DNA of 38,885 nucleotides from a virus. The stretch lies in IMG/VR virus record IMGVR_UViG_3300023213_000414; one strand, written 5' to 3'. Below the pieces are notes generated by a model, which was not told where the DNA came from, made no database searches, and saw only the letters and a program-made list of their open reading frames with translations. This document shows positions 18,376 through 27,558 of this stretch, in pieces. A program made the translations under genes and the position numbers. Position 1 is the first letter of the stretch; each line of letters opens with the position of its first letter.

Positions 18376-18831
18376 TTACGAACTCAACACAAGTTTCGAT
18401 TGATTCAAAGCCGTTTGTGGCGAATCATCTGAAAACACATCAAATAAAGCAGCTCCAGCAGCGCCACCACCGGCCGCCGCTGTCTGAACATTAAAAACAA
18501 GTTGGAAAGGACCGGCGAACAACTGCCCACCAGAAACTCCCTGGGCTTCGAAATCCTTGTAATAACAAGTATCAGCCGGTACCGCTCCCGGAATATTTAG
18601 GGTGGCCAAAACGATTTGTCCGGCCGAACTTCCTAGAGTCGGCCTAATGATGGCCTGAACCACGATATTCCCAGTGGAAACCGTTGCGGTCGTTACATAA
18701 GAGATGAATCGCCAAAATCTTTGAGGTCCCCAATACAACCGATATGGAGTAGCAACTCCAGTAGCAGTCAGGGAGATGGGTGCCTCGGTCCCTACCTGGA
18801 GCCTATGGCCCCAACGTGTGTCGTATGACAT
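18376..18831 (-). CDS. Hypothetical structural protein (151 aa)
   Basis: ORF immediately downstream of the major capsid gene. Confidence 0.4.
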   Translation of the reverse strand: MSYDTRWGHRLQVGTEAPISLTATGVATPYRLYWGPQRFWRFISYVTTATVSTGNIVVQAIIRPTLGSSAGQIVLATLNIPGAVPADTCYYKDFEAQGVSGGQLFAGPFQLVFNVQTAAAGGGAAGAALFDVFSDDSPQTALNQSKLVLSS

Positions 18832-18849
18832 TTTTATTCTCCCTTCAAA

Positions 18850-19797
18850 TCAGGCAGATGTTAGATGAATAACGCGAGCCTCACCAGGATTACTCGTAGT
18901 CCAAATCAAACCAAATTGAAGAATTCCGTACCAGGCAACTCCCCTGGACCGACCATAATCAGTAGGGATTCTGGCCCTTAATTCCGGATCTTCAGCCACT
19001 GCCATAGCAACGGCATCCGCTCCGAAGAAGACCGCTTCTCCTTGGGAAGTTTGCGTCCCCGGAGATGGCGAAAGGGCTCCAGTATTGTTGATTTCAATAA
19101 ACCGGACATTCTCCATTCTTCCGATCTCGGAATTATACTTAGCTTCCGGATCTGTGTAACGATGCCAAGGTTCCCAAGCCGGATCATTCATAACGCCACG
19201 CTTGGCCTTAGTAGAAACGAGACAGATGTAATCATCTCCCTCAAACGGCGGAATATTCAGGGTTGAATACATATAATCACGAATCTGTTCAATCCCGAAA
19301 AGATTTAGGTTTGCGGTGGCTACCTGAGAAGGAGTTCCGTTTGTATCGAAATTGATCGAGGTAACTCCAGTCATCTCAGCTTTGATTTGACCCGTCTTAA
19401 AGGCTGCGGCAGCAGCATTATCAAGAACTACCTTCATTTGGTCTTTCAAAGCGCGCTGAACGATATTTTCGATATTGTACTCAGAAAGATCAGTGGAAAG
19501 AGACGTATAAGGAACCGATCGGCCCCACTCAAGAACCGTGATGCTGACCGTTGTAATAGTCAGGGTGTCTTCTGGAATTTGCACATTTTCCTGGAGAACA
19601 CCGGAAGTGGGGATCAGAAGCCTGGAAATCCGAGTCACAGTGACCGATTCACCACGCTTTTTTCCATATCCCGGTTCAGGGGTTACAAACTGCATGAATT
19701 TAGTTTCTACAATTGCAGCGAAACGAAGTTGTTCGCTCATCGCATGACTCTTGTAGACCCCTGACGGCGAATCGAAAGTCCAGGTGAATTGTGCCAT
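18850..19797 (-). CDS. Major capsid protein
   Basis: 315 aa, directly after the scaffold-like gene and portal. The N-terminal pattern AQFTWTFDSP...LRFAAIVETKFMQFV...GYGKKRGESVTV resembles phage major capsid proteins I recall. Not verified by search. Confidence 0.65.
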   Translation of the reverse strand: MAQFTWTFDSPSGVYKSHAMSEQLRFAAIVETKFMQFVTPEPGYGKKRGESVTVTRISRLLIPTSGVLQENVQIPEDTLTITTVSITVLEWGRSVPYTSLSTDLSEYNIENIVQRALKDQMKVVLDNAAAAAFKTGQIKAEMTGVTSINFDTNGTPSQVATANLNLFGIEQIRDYMYSTLNIPPFEGDDYICLVSTKAKRGVMNDPAWEPWHRYTDPEAKYNSEIGRMENVRFIEINNTGALSPSPGTQTSQGEAVFFGADAVAMAVAEDPELRARIPTDYGRSRGVAWYGILQFGLIWTTSNPGEARVIHLTSA

Positions 19798-19818
19798 TTG
19801 AGAGGTCCTCCCCTATTT

Positions 19819-20592
19819 TTAGGCTTTGGGTGCCCTAACTTTTCCCTTGGGTCTTAAATCTATAACTTGAGACGTAAAATTCTTCGGTTGTGCGACCGGA
19901 AGCAGAGGGGCCGGAGGGATTTCACCACTACCTCCTAATGCCACAGCCGCCCCAGAAGGAACCACAGTTTCCGTCACCCCTACAGATCTCTTTACCTGAT
20001 CGATCACTTTCCTGGATTCCTTGGCTAGATAATCCCCAACTTCCTTCTGCGTTCGAATATTACTTATGACCGCAGAGTGTTGCCCTAATGTCAATTGTAC
20101 TATGTCCTTCACCTTAGCCAAATCCGGATTTTCAGAATAAAAGCGACCCCAGAATTGCTCATGATCACGCCGCGCGTCTTCTTTTTTCTGCATCCTACTT
20201 TCAGCTTCTTGGACCGCCAACTCAAAGGCCTCATCCGGTTTTGAATAGATAAGCTCCGAAAATCTTTCTTTGTTAGAAGGGCCAATTGGCGCTGGAGGAG
20301 AATTGGGAATGGTGGGATTGACTCCTTTACTAGCGTTACTCGCGATAATCCCTTCTAAACCTTTTACATAAGTCAAAAGTTCTTCTTGGGTTTTGATTTC
20401 CATCAACCCTTTATACAATGGTTGGTTTGATAGAGGAATAGTGGCGGGTGTGTTCGCCATTGCTGGGGAATTTACGGTTTGTCCTTCGGGTGGCTGACCT
20501 TCTGGCGAAGTGGGATCTAATGGTCCCCCTATTACAATACCTGCTTTTTCCGGAATAGGTGCCGGGACATTACCGCCGATATTATCAGGCAA
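19819..20592 (-). CDS. Scaffolding protein (putative)
   Basis: Sits between portal and capsid. Pro-rich N-part and a charged helical C-part. The TTG at 20592 follows AAGGAG with a 6-nt spacer; the track start at 20640 overlaps the upstream gene by 56 nt. Confidence 0.5.
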   Translation of the reverse strand: MPDNIGGNVPAPIPEKAGIVIGGPLDPTSPEGQPPEGQTVNSPAMANTPATIPLSNQPLYKGLMEIKTQEELLTYVKGLEGIIASNASKGVNPTIPNSPPAPIGPSNKERFSELIYSKPDEAFELAVQEAESRMQKKEDARRDHEQFWGRFYSENPDLAKVKDIVQLTLGQHSAVISNIRTQKEVGDYLAKESRKVIDQVKRSVGVTETVVPSGAAVALGGSGEIPPAPLLPVAQPKNFTSQVIDLRPKGKVRAPKA

Positions 20593-20863
20593 GATCTTCT
20601 CCTTCTTCTTGATGCAGCCTTTTAGCCGCGTAATCACCACGAGCTGCTATGCCTTTTATTCTAGTCTTAAGATCTTCAATTGCACACAATTGAGCCACGT
20701 GACAGGCGAGAACTAATTCAGTGTAAGATCCGTTTCTAAAATTCGATTTCAAACTATTTACAGTTGATTTCTCAACTTCCTCGAATATCGGCCCCATCCA
20801 TTCAAGCAAAACATTCGCTGTTCGGCCATCATTAAGTTGAGAGATTAAATCATCTTCTGGCAT
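20585..20863 (-). CDS. Hypothetical protein (92 aa)
   Basis: ORF between portal and scaffold. Confidence 0.45.
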   Translation of the reverse strand: MPEDDLISQLNDGRTANVLLEWMGPIFEEVEKSTVNSLKSNFRNGSYTELVLACHVAQLCAIEDLKTRIKGIAARGDYAAKRLHQEEGEDLA

Positions 20864-20877
20864 TCATCTACCCTTGT

Positions 20878-22785
20878 TTATCCGGCCGGATGCGTCATTC
20901 CAATGTTATTAGCCCCTCTGGGAATTGCTATTCCACCTTCGCTTGCCGAAGAATTCATTGCTTGCGGGATCTGACTCTGAGGATTTGTTCCTCTTCCACC
21001 TTGGGTATTTTGCATCTGAGCTTCCGCCATCATTTGCATTTCTTTTTGTCTTTGCGCCTGTTCTTGTTCAGAGGCCACAATTTTGGAATCATCGATATCC
21101 AAAGACTTGATAATTTCTCCCAGTAATTTAGTCATCGAATATTTTCGAGTGAACTCCTGCATCATCTGGGGACTTGCTCCGATGCTTTGAAGAAGGGCTT
21201 GGATTTTTCTAAAGTCCTGCATCTTATTCAAGGTCTGAGAGAGGCCAAATACCTTATACTTATGGCCCATGGCCGTCTGAGCGAAGATTTCTTCTGGAGT
21301 CATACTAGACACAAACTTGGCCTGTTCTGAACCCACGATCGCTTTTACTTCTTCAGTATCTAAATCGTTCATGTGTTGCGCCATCACAAGCCAACAACAA
21401 TCTAGAAGAGGGGCTACCATTTCCTCTTCGATCACCTTGACTATTCCATTCATGATGCCAGTTAAGGATTGATTACTGGCTACGATTTCAGTGGCCTTAA
21501 CCTGTCTTTGAGGTAAAGAACCGGTTCTGAAATCATTCGTAAGAGCAGACTGATCAAATTCCCGATTCATCATTTGAAGCATATTCATCGACTCGGGAGT
21601 CATCGCAGACGTATCTATTCTCTCAAGAACCTTGCCACCGGGAGGACAAGATGAATTCACCAGAAGCGTCGTAGCGGGGGCGATTCCTTCAGAAACCTGG
21701 GCCGAGTTTTCAAGCCATGATGGACGAAGTTGCTTTATCCCATGAACCTCCATCATGGCTGCGTCCACATTCAGGTTGTAAAGTTCATTCATCGCTAAAT
21801 TATGCCTTGTGGGCGCGTCCATCAGGGCCTTATGCCAAACAGAAAGCGGAACTCTGATGATTGGACTAATAACAAATGGGCTTCTTGCGTGCCAAAATGG
21901 ATTTTTCTTGGGGGGCCGGATCAGATTCCCCTGCGCATCGATCGCCGATACGCAATTTTCCATTATCACTTTACCGGTATGTCTTTCTACTAAAGCTCCC
22001 CAGCACTCATAGATCGTTACCTGTCTCCGATATTGAGACATAGTAATATTCTGTCCGGTCTCTCTTGATTTCTTGGCTTTCTGAAGATCATCTACAAAAT
22101 ATGTGATGTTATTTACAGCATTGATATCAAAGTCATCCGGATTTTCTTCCGCCACTTTCTTAAGCTGATGCCAATCCATCTCGATTCTCTGGACTTCATA
22201 TAGACGGCGTCCAGTCGGGTCAGGAAAGTAATCTTCTTGCCGGATCAAATTCAAATCCAGTTGCCATACACGCTTATCCTTTCTGACGAGTTCCCTGTCT
22301 TTACTTCCAATGTCAGACGCCTTTGGCCTGGCCTCAAACCTGGTTCTATTTACATATTTTCCACCCACTTTCACAATCATGAGGGCGCCAAGAAGGCCAA
22401 ACTTTATGGTGTCGTTAAAAAAGTTAGGGAACTTGTTCTTTTCAAGCTGCCTCAAAAGAAGGAGCTCTATTGATTTCGGGTTTATCTTTATGTCTTCTGG
22501 CTTTTCCCCTGGCTCTAATTCAACCCGAAACCAATCTCCGATATCCATCAATCCTTGTTGAAGGAAGCTGCATAATTGCTCCACAGCAATCGCCTGCTTA
22601 GCCAGAAACTCCTTGCTTTGTCCCCTCTTCTTGTGACTGAAGTCTTGCCTGAGATGATAAACCTCGTAATTCTGTCTGTTCTGAAGATAACGATTCCTGC
22701 GAGCGGTCTCGGCTTCGTCTTTGTAATTCCAAATGGCCTGAGCGATGGGATTTGGAAAAGAAAGTGGTGGTGTTTCGCTAATCAC
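20878..22785 (-). CDS. Portal protein
   Basis: 635 aa, ATGA-coupled to the terminase ORF upstream. Size, position and a Gln/Met-rich acidic C-terminus are typical of portals. Confidence 0.7.
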   Translation of the reverse strand: MISETPPLSFPNPIAQAIWNYKDEAETARRNRYLQNRQNYEVYHLRQDFSHKKRGQSKEFLAKQAIAVEQLCSFLQQGLMDIGDWFRVELEPGEKPEDIKINPKSIELLLLRQLEKNKFPNFFNDTIKFGLLGALMIVKVGGKYVNRTRFEARPKASDIGSKDRELVRKDKRVWQLDLNLIRQEDYFPDPTGRRLYEVQRIEMDWHQLKKVAEENPDDFDINAVNNITYFVDDLQKAKKSRETGQNITMSQYRRQVTIYECWGALVERHTGKVIMENCVSAIDAQGNLIRPPKKNPFWHARSPFVISPIIRVPLSVWHKALMDAPTRHNLAMNELYNLNVDAAMMEVHGIKQLRPSWLENSAQVSEGIAPATTLLVNSSCPPGGKVLERIDTSAMTPESMNMLQMMNREFDQSALTNDFRTGSLPQRQVKATEIVASNQSLTGIMNGIVKVIEEEMVAPLLDCCWLVMAQHMNDLDTEEVKAIVGSEQAKFVSSMTPEEIFAQTAMGHKYKVFGLSQTLNKMQDFRKIQALLQSIGASPQMMQEFTRKYSMTKLLGEIIKSLDIDDSKIVASEQEQAQRQKEMQMMAEAQMQNTQGGRGTNPQSQIPQAMNSSASEGGIAIPRGANNIGMTHPAG

Positions 22786-23663
22786 AGCTCAAATCTCGAT
22801 TCCGAGAAATTATTCCATTGATAAGATAATGTTGGCACATCTGTAATTGTACTAGGCCTGGTCGTTAAGATACGAGAGGCAACATATTGAAGGCAATCCT
22901 GGATATGAGAGTGGATATCCTTTTTAGGACGCAACTTGTTAGGTTCCAGTTCTAGAACCTTATCATCGTAACGATAGCCGCCTTGAAAGCCACGGACAAG
23001 GACGGGACAGTTGGGAAGCGAAACCTGAAAACATAGTCCATTCTTAGTTCTTCTGGTTAGCCAATGGTCCACTGCGCTTTTTCTTTCCTCCCATGAAACC
23101 GGTCCAGGAATGATATTGCGGAATCCATTTTCATCGATAATTTTGGCGCAAGTGCCCTCGTCGGTGTCTTTCCTTGCTTCTCCGGAAGGATCTATAAAAA
23201 CGAGGAAGTCTTTGGCATGATCCTGCCATAGTGGAAAACTTACCCTGAGCTGTGGAACTAACCATGCCACAAATCTTTTGGCGCCCATGTTAATGGCGGT
23301 GAACTCTTTTAAACAGCACAGCGTATCTTCTTGTAATTGGCACACAAGACATGCCGGAGTAAGTCCAAAATCAAATCCAAGAAGGAGCGGAAGACCAACG
23401 TAGGGGATGATATCCATCTTATTGCCATGCAGATTGATATCCCAATCAGCAAAGACAGAAAGTCCCTCATATGAATCCCATTGTAGTTCATACTCTTGCT
23501 TAAATCTTCTGGAAGGCATGGAAGATTTGATTTCTTGTATTTCCTTAGAATCTACTTTTTCTGGATCGGCAGAATAGTGCAACTGGAAAACAACGAATCT
23601 GTTTTTTGGATTTCTCCATATCTCTATACCTCTGGAAGGAAAAAGATGTTTCTCAGTAATCAT
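22782..23663 (-). CDS. terL: Terminase large subunit, C-terminal part (lid segment plus RNase H-like nuclease domain)
   Basis: FKQEYELQW (the QEY element ending the ATPase lid). Nuclease acidic residues in LLLGFDFGLTP, VFIDPSGEARKD and HIQDCLQY. Confidence 0.75.
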   Translation of the reverse strand: MITEKHLFPSRGIEIWRNPKNRFVVFQLHYSADPEKVDSKEIQEIKSSMPSRRFKQEYELQWDSYEGLSVFADWDINLHGNKMDIIPYVGLPLLLGFDFGLTPACLVCQLQEDTLCCLKEFTAINMGAKRFVAWLVPQLRVSFPLWQDHAKDFLVFIDPSGEARKDTDEGTCAKIIDENGFRNIIPGPVSWEERKSAVDHWLTRRTKNGLCFQVSLPNCPVLVRGFQGGYRYDDKVLELEPNKLRPKKDIHSHIQDCLQYVASRILTTRPSTITDVPTLSYQWNNFSESRFEL

Positions 23664-24325
23664 AAAGACCCAGACGTAGTACTTAAATCAAGCTCGTCAT
23701 GAACCAATCTTTTAAAGAAACCAGGACCAGGAGAAGACACTACTGTCATTCTTCCACCGCCCTCTAGAGTTGGGATCGATGCAGAATACATTTTTTCAGC
23801 ATCTTCCCAAAAAGCAGCTTCATCTGCCAATATCCCAGAAAACGTAAATTGGCGTAACTGATCGGCTCCCGACGCAAATCCCTGAATTATGGAATTTGTT
23901 TCATGAAGAGATAACTTACAATAAGTCAGCTCCCATTTTGGGATAAACTCCTTTGGTAATTGTTCTTTATCCAAATTCTCCAAAATGAAATCTGATTTCT
24001 TAACCAGATCGTGGCTATCATCTTCTTTCTTACTTACAAAGGCGTCGTGCCTACCGATATGAAAAGTAGCATCCCAGGTGTAAAGGGCAATATTCACCCA
24101 AGACATTTTCATGCGTCTGGATTTTGGAATCAGAATCATTGGCTCTTTTTCCCATAATCGGACGTAAAGTTTTAGGTAGTCTAGATAGACTGGGAATGGT
24201 TTTACCGGATTTTTCTTATCGGCAGGATCTAAGGTTTTTACTACCTTTAAGAATTCCCAAGGATCATTTCTGATTCGCTGAACACGCTCTAACCATTCGT
24301 CTTCACTAGTTGGGTTAATCAGCAC
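23660..24325 (-). CDS. terL: Terminase large subunit, N-terminal ATPase core
   Basis: Deviant Walker A (LIPKSRRMKMSW), Walker B (GILADEAAFW) and coupling motif (VVSSPGPG). Ends in an ATGA overlap with the next ORF. Confidence 0.75.
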   Translation of the reverse strand: MLINPTSEDEWLERVQRIRNDPWEFLKVVKTLDPADKKNPVKPFPVYLDYLKLYVRLWEKEPMILIPKSRRMKMSWVNIALYTWDATFHIGRHDAFVSKKEDDSHDLVKKSDFILENLDKEQLPKEFIPKWELTYCKLSLHETNSIIQGFASGADQLRQFTFSGILADEAAFWEDAEKMYSASIPTLEGGGRMTVVSSPGPGFFKRLVHDELDLSTTSGSL

Positions 24326-24328
24326 CGA

Positions 24329-24775
24329 TTAATATTTGGAACCAGCTTTTAAGCTCTTAAGATGTTTCTTCGGATCTGGCTTTTCACTGTGTTGTTCTTT
24401 ATGGGGGGCACTATGAGATTTTTCCTGATACATGTGGCCGCCCTTACCTTCACCATGGTGCGCTTGGTCTTTGGTGGAGCCTTTTGAGGTCATGGGAACA
24501 TGATCCGGATGATCCTGACCCATGGGAGAGGGAACAACCACATGTTGGAGTCCGGATGCACTCAATGGAACCTCATGGTCTCCGTGATGAAGATCGGCTA
24601 GCGGAAGCTTTTCCAGAGTTCCCGTTGGGGCGCTATCGGCAAAAACGTCCGAATCCATCATTTTGTCTTTCATGGTCATCTCCTGATCATAAGGTCGTTT
24701 AAGCCGAGCTCCCAGTCCCTTACCTTCGTAAGACTCCCTGGATCGATTCATATCTCTGTCTTTGGCATGAATCAT
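24329..24775 (-). CDS. Histidine-rich, low-complexity protein (148 aa)
   Basis: About 14 His by my count (HHGDHEVP, HPDHVP, HHGEGKGGH, HSAPHKEQH). Occupies the slot just upstream of terL where a small terminase usually sits. Confidence 0.5.
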   Translation of the reverse strand: MIHAKDRDMNRSRESYEGKGLGARLKRPYDQEMTMKDKMMDSDVFADSAPTGTLEKLPLADLHHGDHEVPLSASGLQHVVVPSPMGQDHPDHVPMTSKGSTKDQAHHGEGKGGHMYQEKSHSAPHKEQHSEKPDPKKHLKSLKAGSKY

Positions 24776-24810
24776 TCGAGCCCCTTTACAAAAAGTATAT
24801 CACAAGAAAA

Positions 24811-25209
24811 TTACGAAGCTGGCAATTGAAATACCTGGACCGCCCAATCGATATTGTTGTTAGCGGCCCCAGTTACTTGTACTACCGCGTTAGTACCGCT
24901 GGCCACGATCGTACACCCCCACGCCACCTGATCTTGAGAAGCATATTCAGAAAGAAGATCATTTACCGTGACAACCCCAGCCACGTTTTTTATACGGGCG
25001 GTTCTAGTAAAACAGGCAGAATCTCCAGCGCTTCCAGCACTTCCGCCGGTTCTATAACCCGAAGCATTCACCCTCATCAACATCACGCTGTTATTAGGAA
25101 TTGGCACTGAAACTATATTTCCAGAGCCTCCACTGGTTGTGGTAGTAGTCCCGGTGGCTACGGGAACCGTTGTGACGTTTACAACTGAACTCTGTATTCC
25201 CTGGCTCAT
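24811..25209 (-). CDS. Ser/Thr/Gly/Asn-rich beta-type protein (132 aa)
   Basis: ORF in the late operon. No signal peptide. Composition resembles its three upstream neighbours. Confidence 0.45.
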   Translation of the reverse strand: MSQGIQSSVVNVTTVPVATGTTTTTSGGSGNIVSVPIPNNSVMLMRVNASGYRTGGSAGSAGDSACFTRTARIKNVAGVVTVNDLLSEYASQDQVAWGCTIVASGTNAVVQVTGAANNNIDWAVQVFQLPAS

Positions 25210-25253
25210 TCGTAACCCCTAATCTACTTGGCCATATCCCTTCTGACCAGCGT

Positions 25254-25664
25254 TCAATCACTTCCCATTGCCCTAACAGATAAAGACACATTAACTGTCC
25301 CTAAAACAATGAGTGTGACGTTTCTTATTTTTATGTGCTGAGTATCGATCACCGAAATTACAGGTAAATCAACATTCTTAGCATCCCCAGCTAAGACGCC
25401 ATATGTGAAGGTTTTTACGGCTGTTCCCCCGCTATCGAAAACTCCGATCTCAAAAATAGCTGCTACACTTGCGTTCAAGGTAGCCTTTATCGAAGTAAAT
25501 GTTTCTGTCGTACTTCCGGTGGAGAATGCTCCGCTGTCTAAAAGACTTTGATTTGCTCCGGGATTAGAAATATCCCCGCTAGTTAAAAATAAAGGCCCAC
25601 CCCCAGTGAATGGGGGCACCGCCGCAAACAATGGAAATGACAAAATCAAAAACAGAAATTTCAT
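25254..25664 (-). CDS. Exported protein with signal peptide (136 aa)
   Basis: ATG at 25664 follows GAGGAG. N-terminus MKFLFLILSFPLFAAVPP. An alternative ATG at 25676 forms an ATGA overlap with the upstream stop. Confidence 0.5.
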   Translation of the reverse strand: MKFLFLILSFPLFAAVPPFTGGGPLFLTSGDISNPGANQSLLDSGAFSTGSTTETFTSIKATLNASVAAIFEIGVFDSGGTAVKTFTYGVLAGDAKNVDLPVISVIDTQHIKIRNVTLIVLGTVNVSLSVRAMGSD

Positions 25665-25672
25665 TACACTCC

Positions 25673-26512
25673 TCATTGTGCGTCGTATCCTATTAGGGTC
25701 ACTTTTTCGAAAGAAGCCGCCCCTGGGGCAGCGGTGAATTCTAGGGTCATCGCCGTGTTGGCGCTTCCTACTATATTGAACCCACATTGGCTAATGGTGT
25801 CTACCGGAAACCCACCACCACCAAGGACCGCAACACCTATGGAAATCATATCAAGGGAGAGTAAGACAGTTCCGGCACCAGAAGCGCCATCTCTCAGATT
25901 CAAAACCTTAGCATTATTATTTCCGCTAAGCTGAGAAGAAAGTTTCGCTATCACGCAATTCGCCACATGCCTTACCCCAACCCCACCTGCGGCCTTACTA
26001 GCGCTCGCAATAACTCCGATCGCCGGAAAACTTGTGGCGGTCCATGAACCTGGCTCTGTAGTCAAAAGAGAACCCACGGCATTGGTGTTGGCTAAGTTTG
26101 CTGCTGTACCCGCGTTTAAACCATTCTCGGCCGAATCGAACAGTTCCACTTCAATCGCAGATTGATCGCTAGGTAGTGTTACGGGAATGCCGTTCGCCAT
26201 AGTCTTCTGACCCAAAGTCACAGAAGATCCGCCAACCTGAGTAAGATTTACATTAGTAAGGGATGGGAAATTTACAACTGTGGCCGAGACTGAATCTGTC
26301 CCACTGGAGAGTGTCCATGTTCTTCCAACAGACCACGTTCCGAATTGAGCCACCTGAAGAGAAGTATTGGTGATGAAGCTGTTTATGGCCCCAGACGTAG
26401 AATTCAAAGTATTTCCACTCGAATCAAAAACATAGGTATAGATAGTCCCTGGACTAATGTCCGCCATAGCAATCTGAGGCGAAAGAAACAAGAATAGAAA
26501 CAGAAGCCTCAT
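25673..26512 (-). CDS. Exported protein with signal peptide (279 aa)
   Basis: N-terminus MRLLFLFLFLSPQIAMA/DISPG has an AxA-type cleavage context. Ser/Thr/Asn/Gly/Ala-rich mature part. Confidence 0.5.
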   Translation of the reverse strand: MRLLFLFLFLSPQIAMADISPGTIYTYVFDSSGNTLNSTSGAINSFITNTSLQVAQFGTWSVGRTWTLSSGTDSVSATVVNFPSLTNVNLTQVGGSSVTLGQKTMANGIPVTLPSDQSAIEVELFDSAENGLNAGTAANLANTNAVGSLLTTEPGSWTATSFPAIGVIASASKAAGGVGVRHVANCVIAKLSSQLSGNNNAKVLNLRDGASGAGTVLLSLDMISIGVAVLGGGGFPVDTISQCGFNIVGSANTAMTLEFTAAPGAASFEKVTLIGYDAQ

Positions 26513-26862
26513 GTAAGTTCCGTAATCATTAAAGTTCCAGAGATGACGCTTCCTATCGCGCTAATTGCCCCAAGATAAATAGGAGAAGACATAAAATATG
26601 TTGATTTAGCCGTAAGAGAAAAAGTAAATGTACTAGAGCTTGCTGTCGCTGCAAAAGCTACCATAACAATGGTCGCATTTGAATTGTTATACAGGACAAT
26701 CCCTTTCCTATTCGGATTAGCTGCAAGAACAGAAAAAGAGGAGTTGGAAATAGACGGAGTAGTAATAGTTGCATTACTAGCGGTGGGTCCCGATCCGCCA
26801 ACAACAACAACTTGGTTCTTATTGGCTGTATTAAATACTGAGCTAGCTGCCGATCCACCCAT
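26509..26862 (-). CDS. Ser/Thr/Asn-rich beta-type protein (117 aa)
   Basis: ORF ATGA-coupled to the 279-aa gene. Confidence 0.45.
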   Translation of the reverse strand: MGGSAASSVFNTANKNQVVVVGGSGPTASNATITTPSISNSSFSVLAANPNRKGIVLYNNSNATIVMVAFAATASSSTFTFSLTAKSTYFMSSPIYLGAISAIGSVISGTLMITELT

Positions 26863-26863
26863 A

Positions 26864-27034
26864 TTACAAAGGTTTTCTGTTTTTTAGGTTTGCTTTCTTA
26901 AGAGATTCTCTCAAGGACTTAAGATCAACCGGACCCCTAGAGCCGACCTTTCTGTCTTCCAATGCTTGTTTCTTAACTCTGAATTCCTTTATCTTGGCAA
27001 ACTGAAAAACGATATTTTTCTTGTCGTTCCTCAT
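26864..27034 (-). CDS. Small highly basic protein (56 aa), not in the ORF track
   Basis: My translation: MRNDKKNIVFQFAKIKEFRVKKQALEDRKVGSRGPVDLKSLRESLKKANLKNRKPL. Its ATG overlaps the upstream TGA (ATGA at 27031..27034), and its TAA ends 1 nt before the next ATG. It exactly fills an otherwise empty 168-nt gap. Confidence 0.5.
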   Translation of the reverse strand: MRNDKKNIVFQFAKIKEFRVKKQALEDRKVGSRGPVDLKSLRESLKKANLKNRKPL

Positions 27035-27558
27035 AAATGTTTCTTTACGAAATCATCAACCATATCGGTAAGCGTATTCGGATTGTCTTCTGTTTTTTTA
27101 TATGGCACAACAGTGTTGGGATTTTGAGCCACACCTTCTATTACGGTTTCTTTAATATTTTCTACGGGTGTGACGTTTTTGGCGTCCAGTTTTTCGTAAA
27201 GAGCTCTGACTAGACTACCCTCATGCTCAATGGTTTGTTTTGGTTTACCAAGGGATCTGTCGAAAACTTCTTGGGCAGCTTGGAACCTAAGCTGTGGTTT
27301 CACATTTGGATTGTTAATTATCTCTTCGGTAACATCAATTGCCTGTGGGAGAATGGAATCAAAGCGCTTCTTAGTATTGGCACCAAATAACCTATAACGC
27401 GTGTGCTTAATCTCAAACTGAATTCTGCCATCTTGGAGTTTGTTACTTACGGTTTGGGTGCTTATGCCAAGCTCTGAAGCTATTTGAGTATTGTTAAAAC
27501 CATTAGCGGCCAGATAGATTAGCATTTGGTCTGAGTTCGATTGGAGGTCTTTGGCCAT
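27031..27558 (-). CDS. HTH DNA-binding protein; candidate small terminase subunit or late regulator
   Basis: The N-terminal LIYLAANGFNNTQIASELGISTQTVSNKL is a LuxR/sigma-r4-type helix-turn-helix. First gene of the late block. The start codon is uncertain because no SD is present. Confidence 0.5.
   Translation of the reverse strand: MAKDLQSNSDQMLIYLAANGFNNTQIASELGISTQTVSNKLQDGRIQFEIKHTRYRLFGANTKKRFDSILPQAIDVTEEIINNPNVKPQLRFQAAQEVFDRSLGKPKQTIEHEGSLVRALYEKLDAKNVTPVENIKETVIEGVAQNPNTVVPYKKTEDNPNTLTDMVDDFVKKHL

Noticed and set aside
22782-24325. Annotating terL as a pseudogene.
   Set aside because: Both halves retain all expected catalytic motifs, and the junction is an exact ATGA overlap like many other gene junctions here. 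A sequencing indel cannot be excluded, so it is reported as a finding and not called a pseudogene.
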